From Candidatus Ratteibacteria bacterium (GTDB lineage: Bacteria; Ratteibacteria; UBA8468; B48-G9; JAFGKM01), in assembly GCA_046296715.1 (NCBI GenBank), contig JBKBIN010000023.1, forward strand, positions 1 to 20,134: 20,134 nt of DNA, written 5' to 3'. Of the stretch, positions 1-8,132 are shown one piece after another. The notes under the pieces were generated by a model, which worked only from the letters and a program-made list of their open reading frames with translations, did not search any database and had not been told where the DNA came from. How positions within the stretch are numbered: position 1 is the first letter of the stretch; each line of letters opens with the position of its first letter. A program made the translations under genes and the position numbers.

Positions 1-82
1 ATAAAATTGATGGAAATGAAAAAATATGTAAAAATATATTTAATAAGAAACTGTTACCTATGTACCCTATTTGTACAATACT

Positions 83-110
83 TTGACTTATCCAACAATA
101 GATGTAAAAT
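83..110 (+). promoter_or_regulatory. sigma70-type promoter for tolQRAB, probably leaderless
   Basis: TTGACT (83-88), 16-bp spacer, TAAAAT (105-110), then 6 nt to the ATG at 117; no SD. Confidence 0.6.
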
Positions 111-116
111 TATTAT

Positions 117-740
117 ATGGAAAATATATGGATTTCTTCATGGAAACACTGTGATATCTTTGGGAAAATTATTTTAGTTATACTTGGTTTTCTTTCAATT
201 TATTCTTGGTATATTATTTTTGAAAAATTACTAACTTTACGAACGGCTTTCAAAAAAAATAAAGATGTTGAAAAATCTTTACTTTTAAAAAGAGAAATAA
301 AAAAAATACCATGTCCTCTTTATTCAATTCTTAATTATCTTACTTCTGTAAAATTTGATAAGTTTTCACCTGATATAAGTAAAAAATATATAGAAAATGC
401 CTTTATTAGAGAACAAAAAAATCTTGAAAAAAATCTGATCTCCCTTGCAACTATAACAGCAATTGCTCCCTTTTTGGGACTTCTTGGAACTGTTTGGGGT
501 CTTTTAATATCTTTTATAAATATGTCAATTACAGGTTCCTCTTCAATAAAAGTTGTTGCTGGAGGTGTGGCAGAAGCATTGATAACAACTGTTTTGGGAT
601 TGATGGTTGCTATACCTGCAGCCGTTGGATATAATTTTTTAAAAGAGAAAGTAAAAACTTTAATGGATGAAATGGAGTTTCTTACACCATATATTGAAGA
701 TTATTTAAATGAATTTTTTTTAGAACAAAATGAGAAATAG
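117..740 (+). CDS. tolQ: TolQ (MotA/TolQ/ExbB proton channel family)
   Basis: Three hydrophobic segments; family motifs LATITAIAPFLGLLGTVWG and VAGGVAEALITTVLGLMVAIPA; first gene of a Q-R-A-B order. Confidence 0.92.
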   Translation: MENIWISSWKHCDIFGKIILVILGFLSIYSWYIIFEKLLTLRTAFKKNKDVEKSLLLKREIKKIPCPLYSILNYLTSVKFDKFSPDISKKYIENAFIREQKNLEKNLISLATITAIAPFLGLLGTVWGLLISFINMSITGSSSIKVVAGGVAEALITTVLGLMVAIPAAVGYNFLKEKVKTLMDEMEFLTPYIEDYLNEFFLEQNEK

Positions 741-1122
741 AAATAATAGAGAGTCATTTGCACAGATAAATATAACAAATCTTGTTGATATTGCTTTAAC
801 TCTTGTAATAATTCTTCTAATGATAGCACCTATGATTGAACAGGGTATAGAGGTGAAACTTCCTAAATCGGCACCTTATGAGATGAAAGTTGAAAAAAGC
901 ATTATAATTACAATTGCACCTGAAAATCAATATTATGTTGGTGGAAGAAAGATGACTTTGCAAGAAATATATACCTTTTTGAAAGAAAAAGGTCAGGAAA
1001 AAGATATTTCTATAATAATAAAGGGAGATGAAAAAGTTTTTTACGAAGATGTAATTAAAATTCTTAATATAGCAAAAAAATGCAAAATAGATATGATTGG
1101 ACTTGCTACACAAGTAGAATAA
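730..1122 (+). CDS. tolR: TolR/ExbD biopolymer transport protein
   Basis: INITNLVDIALTLVIILLMIAP transmembrane segment with the conserved Asp; V.LP and IIIKGD..V.Y.DV motifs; overlaps tolQ. Confidence 0.92.
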   Translation: MRNRNNRESFAQINITNLVDIALTLVIILLMIAPMIEQGIEVKLPKSAPYEMKVEKSIIITIAPENQYYVGGRKMTLQEIYTFLKEKGQEKDISIIIKGDEKVFYEDVIKILNIAKKCKIDMIGLATQVE

Positions 1123-1844
1123 AGAAAAGGAGTTTTTTTATTTCTGTTTTATTCCATTTTTCTTTATTTGCTCTTTTTTTAATCCCTTTGCCTCAAAAAA
1201 AGAAAGATTTTGAAAGAGAAATTTTTGTTGTGAAACTTGTAAATATTCCACAGATACCGGAGGTATTTGAAACTGTAGAAAAAAAAGAAATAATAACTTC
1301 AGAAAAAGTTTTATCTTCTCCTAACAAAGAAGAAAAAATAAAAAGTGTGAAAGAAACAATTATAGAAAAAAAAGTTGAATTTACTGAAAAGTTTTCTCCA
1401 GAAGAATACAAAAAGAAATTATATTCAAAAATTTCAAGTATGGAACAAATAAATCAACCTTCTAAAACTTCTCCACAAAATATAAATATTAAAATACCAG
1501 AAATAAAATCAATACAAATAAATGCACCGAGTTTTGATTCTTCCACCTATCAGCCATCTTTTAATACTGAAATTCCATCTTGGTTTATTAATCTTATTAA
1601 AAGAAAAATTGAAGAAAACTGGTTATTAAAAGAATATTTAATTGATATGTCTGCGATTGTTTCTTTCAGGATTTACAGAGATGGTAAAATTGAAAATATT
1701 TCTATAGAAAAGAGTTCTGGATATAAAAAATTTGACAATTCTATAATAGAAGCGATAAAATCAGTTAAAAACTGGCCTATTTTTCCTGAAGGGATAAAAG
1801 ATAGATATCTTGATATTGTTATAGAATTTAAAACGGAGGGATAA
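1080..1844 (+). CDS. tolA: TolA/TonB-family energy transducer (start uncertain)
   Basis: N-terminal TM with S-x3-H (ISVLFH), charged linker, TonB/TolA C-terminal domain (I..NW...VSFRI.RDG.I.....KSSG...FD.S...AI); lies between tolR and tolB. Confidence 0.8.
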   Translation: MQNRYDWTCYTSRIKKRSFFISVLFHFSLFALFLIPLPQKKKDFEREIFVVKLVNIPQIPEVFETVEKKEIITSEKVLSSPNKEEKIKSVKETIIEKKVEFTEKFSPEEYKKKLYSKISSMEQINQPSKTSPQNINIKIPEIKSIQINAPSFDSSTYQPSFNTEIPSWFINLIKRKIEENWLLKEYLIDMSAIVSFRIYRDGKIENISIEKSSGYKKFDNSIIEAIKSVKNWPIFPEGIKDRYLDIVIEFKTEG

Positions 1845-3059
1845 ATGAAAAAAAATTTTTTATTTTGGTTAGTTTTTGCTGCTTTTACTTTCTCTCAAAC
1901 CCAAATTTTCTTTCAGATTACAAAAAATTTATCAGAAAAATGTGATACATTTCTAATTTTTAAAATTGAAAAAAATGATTTTTCAACTAAATTGATTGAA
2001 ACTTTGTCTCAGGATTTAAAATTTTCAGGATACTTTAATGTTGAAGGATATAAATTTACTGATGATATTGAAAAAACAAAAAAAGAGATCATTACTCAAA
2101 TAATTATAACCGGTCATCAAATACAGCAAATTATCAACATAAAAGTTGAAGATGGTCTCGAAAAAAACCTTTTATATGAAGGCAGTTATAGATTAACTGG
2201 AGATCCAAGACTCTTAGGTCATATTATATGCGATGATATTGTTGAAAAATTGACTGGTAAAGTTGGAATTGCAAAAAGTAAAATACTATTTATATCTGAT
2301 AAAACAGGAAAAAAACAAATATACCAAATTGACTATGATGGTTTTAATCTTAAACAGATTACAAATGTTGATTATCTAATAAATTATCCAAGGTATCTTG
2401 AAGGGAATAAAGTTGTTTTTGTCTCTTATCAAGATGGCTGGCCAAAACTTGCAAAAATTGATCTCTCATCCGGAAAAATTGAAAATTTTATTGCAAAACC
2501 AGGTCTTAATGCATGTGTTTTTCCATTAAAAAAGACAAGAGAAATTGCGCTTGTTTTAAGTGTTTCAGGAAATCCTGAGATATATTTAGCAGATTTTGAT
2601 GGAAATATTAAAAAAAGATTAACAGATAACAGAAAAATTGATAGTTCTCCTTCTTTTTCACCTGATGGAAAATTAATTACTTTTGTCTCTGACCGTGATG
2701 GTAAGCCACAAATATATGTTATGGATAGAGATGGATATGGTGCCAGAAGGATAAGTTATATTTCAACTTACTGTACTTCTCCCTTATTTTCTCCAGATGG
2801 AAATTTTATCGCATATATATATTCTGAAGGCGGAACTTTTGGTCTTGCGATATATGATGTAAATACTAAAAAAACAAAAACCTTTTCAGGTTTAAATTGT
2901 GAAGAAATATGGTGGGCTCCTAACTCAAGACACATTGTCTATTCAAAAATTGGAAAAAAACAATCTTTAATGATAATTGATATATTTACAAAGGAGATAA
3001 GGACATTAATTGCTGGCGACTTTAATACGTTCAGTCCAAACTGGTTTATCTTTGAATAA
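1845..3059 (+). CDS. tolB: TolB-like periplasmic beta-propeller protein
   Basis: Signal-peptide-like N-terminus; H.I.D.I.EKLTG..G; PD40 repeats (SPSFSPDGK.I.FVSDRDGKPQIY, FSPDG, WAPNSR). Confidence 0.88.
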   Translation: MKKNFLFWLVFAAFTFSQTQIFFQITKNLSEKCDTFLIFKIEKNDFSTKLIETLSQDLKFSGYFNVEGYKFTDDIEKTKKEIITQIIITGHQIQQIINIKVEDGLEKNLLYEGSYRLTGDPRLLGHIICDDIVEKLTGKVGIAKSKILFISDKTGKKQIYQIDYDGFNLKQITNVDYLINYPRYLEGNKVVFVSYQDGWPKLAKIDLSSGKIENFIAKPGLNACVFPLKKTREIALVLSVSGNPEIYLADFDGNIKKRLTDNRKIDSSPSFSPDGKLITFVSDRDGKPQIYVMDRDGYGARRISYISTYCTSPLFSPDGNFIAYIYSEGGTFGLAIYDVNTKKTKTFSGLNCEEIWWAPNSRHIVYSKIGKKQSLMIIDIFTKEIRTLIAGDFNTFSPNWFIFE

Positions 3060-3061
3060 AA

Positions 3062-3930
3062 TTGAAAGGATATATTTTCGGTTTGATTGCTGTTTTTTTA
3101 TGGGGAACAGTATTTATAGTTAGTCGTTTCTTAATTCATAATGATTTCATAGAGCCGATTGTTCTTGCTTTTTGGAGGTTTTTCTGGGCTACTTTTTTTC
3201 TTTTATTTTTAATAAAATTTAATTTTAGAAAAGTCATCATTATCTTTAAGAAGGATTTCTATAGATTTTTATTTCTTGCTATTTCTGGTATTTATTTGAT
3301 GTCAACTTTTATTTTTATATCAGTAAAAACATCTTCTGCAATGATTTCAAGTGTTTTGATGAGTTCAAATCCAATATTTGTTGTTCTGATTTCTATTCTT
3401 TTTTTCAAAGAAAAAGTAACTTTTGAAAAGATTTTAGGGGTTTTAATTGGATTTATTGGATGTGTTATTGTTTTAAAACAAGATATAAATATTTTTTCTG
3501 GGCTGGTGAAAAAATAAATATTTATGCATTACTTGCTGCAGTGAGTTGGGCTATATACACAATAATAGGACAAGAGCCAACCAAAAAATATGGAGCAATT
3601 GAGACCACTTTTATTGCATCTTTTATTGGGACAATTTTTTTATTTTTAACAGTTAAATTAATGAATTTAAATCTTTTAGGAAAAAACTTATATGGTTTTT
3701 TGTCTGGTATCTATCTTGGAATTTTTCCTACTGGCATTGGTTTTACTTTATGGTTTTTAGCGCTTAACTATTTGAAACCTTTTTATCTTGCTCCATTTCA
3801 ATATTTAACTCCTATTATAACTTACACTCTTTCTATTTTTATTTTGAAGGAAAATGTTTCGTCAATTGTTTTTGTTGGAATGTTTTTAATCTTTTTTTCG
3901 CTTTTTTTGATTCAGAAGAAAAAAGTTTAG
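3062..3930 (+). pseudogene. EamA/DMT-family transporter split by a frameshift (ORFs 3062-3517 and 3460-3930)
   Basis: ORF1 is the first EamA repeat (WG, R, NP.F, KEK..GVLIGFIG). ORF2, in the -1 frame, is the second repeat (ALLAAVSWAIYTI, YLG.FPT, LTP, LKE). One extra base near 3490-3514 gives a 289-aa two-repeat protein. May be a sequencing indel. Confidence 0.75.
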
Positions 3931-3969
3931 TAAGAAATTTGAGATTATCTTTGGTAGTTTTATTTTGAT

Positions 3970-3998
3970 TTGACATAGATTAAAATAAAAGGTAAAAT
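3970..3998 (+). promoter_or_regulatory. near-consensus sigma70 promoter upstream of secG
   Basis: TTGACA (3970-3975), 17 bp, TAAAAT (3993-3998); SD AAGGAG at 4004-4009 before ATG 4018. Confidence 0.8.
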
Positions 3999-4017
3999 TA
4001 AAAAAGGAGATTTAAAA

Positions 4018-4329
4018 ATGTATATAACATTATTGCTTATACATATTTTGGTTTCGTTGCTTTTAATATTCTCTGTTTTAATTCAAAGTGGTAAAGGTTC
4101 TTCAATGGCAAATATTTTTGGAGGAGGAGGGATGGAAAATGTTTTTGGTGCTGAGACACCTGCAATTTTAAATAAAATTACTGCCTTTTTAGCAATTATG
4201 TTTATAATTACTTCTGTTTTACTTGCAATAATCCCTGGTAAATTAACTACAAAAAGTATTTTGAAAGAAGAGATAAACAAACCAAAAAAAGTTATACCTA
4301 TTACACCCTCCATCCCTTCTGAAAATTGA
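4018..4329 (+). CDS. secG: preprotein translocase subunit SecG
   Basis: Two TMs flanking VLIQSGKGSSMANIFGGG...FG.....LNKITA, the SecG signature; good SD. Confidence 0.95.
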   Translation: MYITLLLIHILVSLLLIFSVLIQSGKGSSMANIFGGGGMENVFGAETPAILNKITAFLAIMFIITSVLLAIIPGKLTTKSILKEEINKPKKVIPITPSIPSEN

Positions 4330-4335
4330 AATAAA

Positions 4336-5070
4336 ATGGGGAAATTAATTGAACTTCCAAAAAAAGGTAGATGTGTTATTGTTGGTGATACTCATGGCGA
4401 TTTTGATACGACGAGAATAATAGTTAAAAACTTTATTGATAAAAAAAATTACTATCTTCTTTTTCTTGGAGATTATGTAGATAGAGGTCCAAAATCAAAA
4501 GAAAATATTGATTATCTTTTATCCTTAAAAGAAAAAAAAGAAAACTTATTCTTACTTCAAGGAAATCATGAGATGTATCCTGTTATTGAATGTAGTCCTT
4601 CGGATTTTTGGGATAATTTAGATCAGGAAGAATTCAATTTTTATAAGGAAAAATTTATGGAATTGCCTCTATGTGCATACGGAAATGGTTTTATTGCATT
4701 ACATGGGGCCTTGCCAGATGTAGAAAAATTGGAAGAAATAGATAATATAGAGATTGGAGATGGAGAATGGTTTAAGATTGTTTGGGGTGATTTTAAGGAT
4801 AAAGAAGGAGATGTTCTTAATAGTTTTATAGGAAGACCAAATTTTGGAAGAGATTATTTTTTTAAAATTATGGAAAAATTAAAAATGAATGTCCTTGTGA
4901 GAAGCCATGATCCATTTGCACCAGAGAGAATGTTTCAAAATAGATGTTTGACTATTTTTACTTCTATTGCGTATGGAGTTGAAAGGAAAATTGTAATTAT
5001 AAATCTAAAAAAAGAAGTTAAAAGTATAAATGATATTGAAATAATTTCGCTTGATAAACCTGAAATTTAG
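4336..5070 (+). CDS. PPP-family (calcineurin-like) Ser/Thr protein phosphatase
   Basis: GDTHG, GDYVDRG, GNHE, HG, W.D, FG, RSH and CLTIFT motifs in PP1/PP2A order. Confidence 0.85.
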   Translation: MGKLIELPKKGRCVIVGDTHGDFDTTRIIVKNFIDKKNYYLLFLGDYVDRGPKSKENIDYLLSLKEKKENLFLLQGNHEMYPVIECSPSDFWDNLDQEEFNFYKEKFMELPLCAYGNGFIALHGALPDVEKLEEIDNIEIGDGEWFKIVWGDFKDKEGDVLNSFIGRPNFGRDYFFKIMEKLKMNVLVRSHDPFAPERMFQNRCLTIFTSIAYGVERKIVIINLKKEVKSINDIEIISLDKPEI

Positions 5071-5072
5071 AA

Positions 5073-5942
5073 ATGAGATTTAAAAACTTTGGTGGTTATA
5101 CTTTAGGGGAATATCTTGGAGGTGGTTTATATACCAAAGTTTATAAGGCATATTCTTTTCTTGCTAAACCAACCTATGGAAATCCTGTGGCTATAAAAAT
5201 TCTATATTTACGAGGTAATATAGTTGAAAGGAATAAACTTATTAAGCAATTTGAAAGAGAAGCAGAGATAGCGATGAATTTAGAACACCCAAATATTGTA
5301 AAGGTTTATAATTTTGGTAGATTTAATAATCATTATGCAATGATTATGGAATATATAGACGGAAAAAATTTGAAAGAGTATTTATATGAAAAAGAAAAAT
5401 GGAGTTTAGATAAGATTTTGGAAATTTGTTATAATGTGGGGAAAGGTCTTGCATATATTCATCAACATAATATAGTTCATAAGGATGTTAAACCTGACAA
5501 TATCTTAATTTCGTATGATTTTCAAAAAATAAAGATTACTGACTTTGGAATAGCTAAACCACCTTTAAGATTCTGGCAGAGAGATATATTCCCTAAATCA
5601 GGAACAGTAACAAAATTTGGAATTATATCATATATTTCCAAAGAACAAGCAGCAGGAAATGCAACTTTTCAATCAGATATTTATAGTTTTGGTGTTACAA
5701 TGGATGAAATTATAACAGCAAAACTTTATATTGAAGATAAAAATGATGAAGATTATTTCAAAAGAATAGATATAAGAGCTCAAAGGAAGAAAATTGGTAA
5801 GCAAAAAATTTTATGTGAAGATTTAAAAATTCCCCATCAATTAAAAGAAATTATTACAAAAGCAACAGAAGAAGATATTAATTTGAGATATCAGAGTATG
5901 ACTCAATTGCTGCAAGACCTTGAAAATCTTGTTAGAGAATGA
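5073..5942 (+). CDS. soluble Hanks-type Ser/Thr protein kinase
   Basis: LGGG loop, VAIK, alphaC Glu (EREA), HPNIV, MEY, HKDVKPDNIL, DFG, SDIYSFG and C-terminal RYQS; no TM or sensor domain. Confidence 0.9.
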   Translation: MRFKNFGGYTLGEYLGGGLYTKVYKAYSFLAKPTYGNPVAIKILYLRGNIVERNKLIKQFEREAEIAMNLEHPNIVKVYNFGRFNNHYAMIMEYIDGKNLKEYLYEKEKWSLDKILEICYNVGKGLAYIHQHNIVHKDVKPDNILISYDFQKIKITDFGIAKPPLRFWQRDIFPKSGTVTKFGIISYISKEQAAGNATFQSDIYSFGVTMDEIITAKLYIEDKNDEDYFKRIDIRAQRKKIGKQKILCEDLKIPHQLKEIITKATEEDINLRYQSMTQLLQDLENLVRE

Positions 5943-7618
5943 GAAAAATAATATTCTATGTTTTTATATTGTTTACCTTATTTATTTCGGGTTGCAAAAA
6001 AGAACAACATAGATTAAAGAATACTCTTTTACTTTCAACATCTTCAGATCCAAAGTCATTTAATCCTATAATTGCTAAAGAAACAAGTACAACTATGATT
6101 ACTGGTTTTATATTTGAAGGGCTTACAAGAATAAATGGTGTTACTTTGAAAGTAGAACCAGCACTCGCTTTAAAATGGGAAGTTGATAAATCAGGTAAAA
6201 TTTGGAGATTTTACTTAAGAAAAGATGTATTGTGGAATGATGGGGAAAAATTTACTGCAGATGATGTTGTCTTTACTTTTAATAAACTTATTTATAATGA
6301 TAAAATTCCAACAAGCAGTAGAGATATTTTTACAATTGAGGGTAAAAGAATAAAGGTAAATAAAATAGATAACTATACTGTTGAATTTATTCTGCCTGAA
6401 AAATTTGCTCCATTTTTACAACTGCTTGGACAGGAAATTTTGCCAAAACATAAACTTGAGAAAATTGTAAATGAAGGGAAATTTACAAGTTCCTGGGGAG
6501 TTAATGAAAAAGGAGAAAATATTGTTGGTACAGGACCTTATAAAATAAAGGAATATAGACCAGGAGAATGGATAATACTTAAGAAAAATCAATACTACTG
6601 GAAAAAAGATAAGAGTGGTTTTACACTTCCGTATATTGAAACAATTGTCTTTCAGATTATACCAGATCCGAACATGGCTATATTGAAATTTAGAACAGGA
6701 GAAATTGATATACTTTCAATTAGAGGACAGGACTATTATGTTTTAAAACCACTTGAAAAAGATAAAAATTTTACAATATATGATATAGGTCCATCACTGG
6801 GTTCTGAATTCCTTGCTTTAAATCAAAATATAGATGCGAAAATACCTGATTATAAAAAAGAATGGTTTTCTGATATAAATTTTAGAAAATGTATTGCCTA
6901 TTCAATTGACAGAAATTCAATTATTAAAAATGTTTATGCCGGTTTTGGTACTCCTCAATATGGACCAATGAATAGTTCCTGTGGCTTCTTTTATAATGAC
7001 AAGATTAAAAAATATGAATATGATTTAGATAAGGCAAAAGAGTTTTTAATTAAGAGTGGTTTTTTCTGGAAAGAGAATATACTTTATGATAAAAAAGGAA
7101 ATAGAGTTGAGTTTACAATAATAACAAATAGTAATAATTTTGAAAGAATTCAAATTGGAAATATTATACAAAATGACCTTGAGAAACTTGGAATGAGAGT
7201 TAACCTTCTGCCTATGGATTTCAATACACTTGTTAATAAACTCACAATCTCAAAGGACTGGGAAGGAGTAATAATTGGTCTTACCGGAGGGATTGAGCCA
7301 CATGGAGGTAAAAATGTTTGGCATTCAAAAGGACAACTCCATTTTTGGAATTTTGGGAATAAAAGAAATTACAAAACAGAAAAAGAGATAGATCAACTTT
7401 TTGAAAAGGGGACAAAATATTTAGAACCAGAAATAAGGAAAAAAATTTATGATAAATGGCAAGATATTGTAACAGATTATTTACCACTTATATATACAGC
7501 AAACTCAAATGTTATCTATGCTGTTAGAAACAAATTTGAGAATTTAAAAATTACAGTTTATGGTGGAGTTTTACATAATATTGAGGAAATTAAGATAAAA
7601 GAAAATGGAAGCATATAG
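5939..7618 (+). CDS. ABC transporter substrate-binding lipoprotein, family 5 (OppA/AppA-like)
   Basis: Lipobox ISG-C; DPKSFNP, FEGL, PALA..W, LRKDV.W.DG..FTADDV.FT, GTGPY; ATGA overlap with the kinase gene. Confidence 0.92.
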   Translation: MRKIIFYVFILFTLFISGCKKEQHRLKNTLLLSTSSDPKSFNPIIAKETSTTMITGFIFEGLTRINGVTLKVEPALALKWEVDKSGKIWRFYLRKDVLWNDGEKFTADDVVFTFNKLIYNDKIPTSSRDIFTIEGKRIKVNKIDNYTVEFILPEKFAPFLQLLGQEILPKHKLEKIVNEGKFTSSWGVNEKGENIVGTGPYKIKEYRPGEWIILKKNQYYWKKDKSGFTLPYIETIVFQIIPDPNMAILKFRTGEIDILSIRGQDYYVLKPLEKDKNFTIYDIGPSLGSEFLALNQNIDAKIPDYKKEWFSDINFRKCIAYSIDRNSIIKNVYAGFGTPQYGPMNSSCGFFYNDKIKKYEYDLDKAKEFLIKSGFFWKENILYDKKGNRVEFTIITNSNNFERIQIGNIIQNDLEKLGMRVNLLPMDFNTLVNKLTISKDWEGVIIGLTGGIEPHGGKNVWHSKGQLHFWNFGNKRNYKTEKEIDQLFEKGTKYLEPEIRKKIYDKWQDIVTDYLPLIYTANSNVIYAVRNKFENLKITVYGGVLHNIEEIKIKENGSI

Positions 7619-8132
7619 GTTAAGAGTTTTTTATAAGAAAGAAGGGATTTCAAGATTTATTTCTCATTTAAGTTTTTGTAAATTGATTGAAAGAACATTA
7701 AGAAGAATGGATTTACCTTTAAAATTTTCTCAAGGTTTTACTCCTCATCCTAAAATTTCTTTCTGTCCATCTTTACCAATTCCAATTATAGGAAAAAATG
7801 AATTTTTTGAAGTGGAAATCTATGAGAAAATTGATATAGAAAAATTTATTGAAAGGATTAATTCTATACTTCCTGAGGGAACAAGAGTTGAAAAGTGTTA
7901 CTATGTTAAGAAAAAATTTTCTCTTTCTTCTGTTTACGGGATATATACAATACCTTTGAAAGATTATATAGTTAAGGAGAAATCTAAAGAATTGGGTAAA
8001 ATAATAGAGGAAAAAGACGCTTTCATAAAAGTAATTTTTAAAATGGAAAATTTCAGTCATAAAAAAGTTTTTATAAATGGGATATTTGACGGAATAGCAA
8101 GGGAATTATTTATTGAAAATGAGAAAATATAG
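7605..8132 (+). CDS. TIGR03936/DUF2344 radical SAM-associated protein
   Basis: R.....K.G..RFISHL......R.LRR..LP..FSQGF.PHPKISF...LP motif; typical position upstream of rne/rng. Confidence 0.85.
   Translation: MEAYRLRVFYKKEGISRFISHLSFCKLIERTLRRMDLPLKFSQGFTPHPKISFCPSLPIPIIGKNEFFEVEIYEKIDIEKFIERINSILPEGTRVEKCYYVKKKFSLSSVYGIYTIPLKDYIVKEKSKELGKIIEEKDAFIKVIFKMENFSHKKVFINGIFDGIARELFIENEKI

Noticed and set aside
1..86. Possible 3' end of an upstream gene (open frame to TGA at 84-86) and palindrome TTGTACAA at 71-78
   Set aside because: Too short to assign; an 8-bp AT-rich palindrome is expected by chance
2630..2940. Repeated TTTTC(A/T)CC(T/A)GATGGAAA segments in tolB
   Set aside because: Explained by PD40 protein repeats (FSPDG); not a DNA repeat array or CRISPR
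4329..4336. tRNA-Leu often found after secG
   Set aside because: Only 6 bp separate secG from the next gene; no GC-rich cloverleaf is visible anywhere in the window
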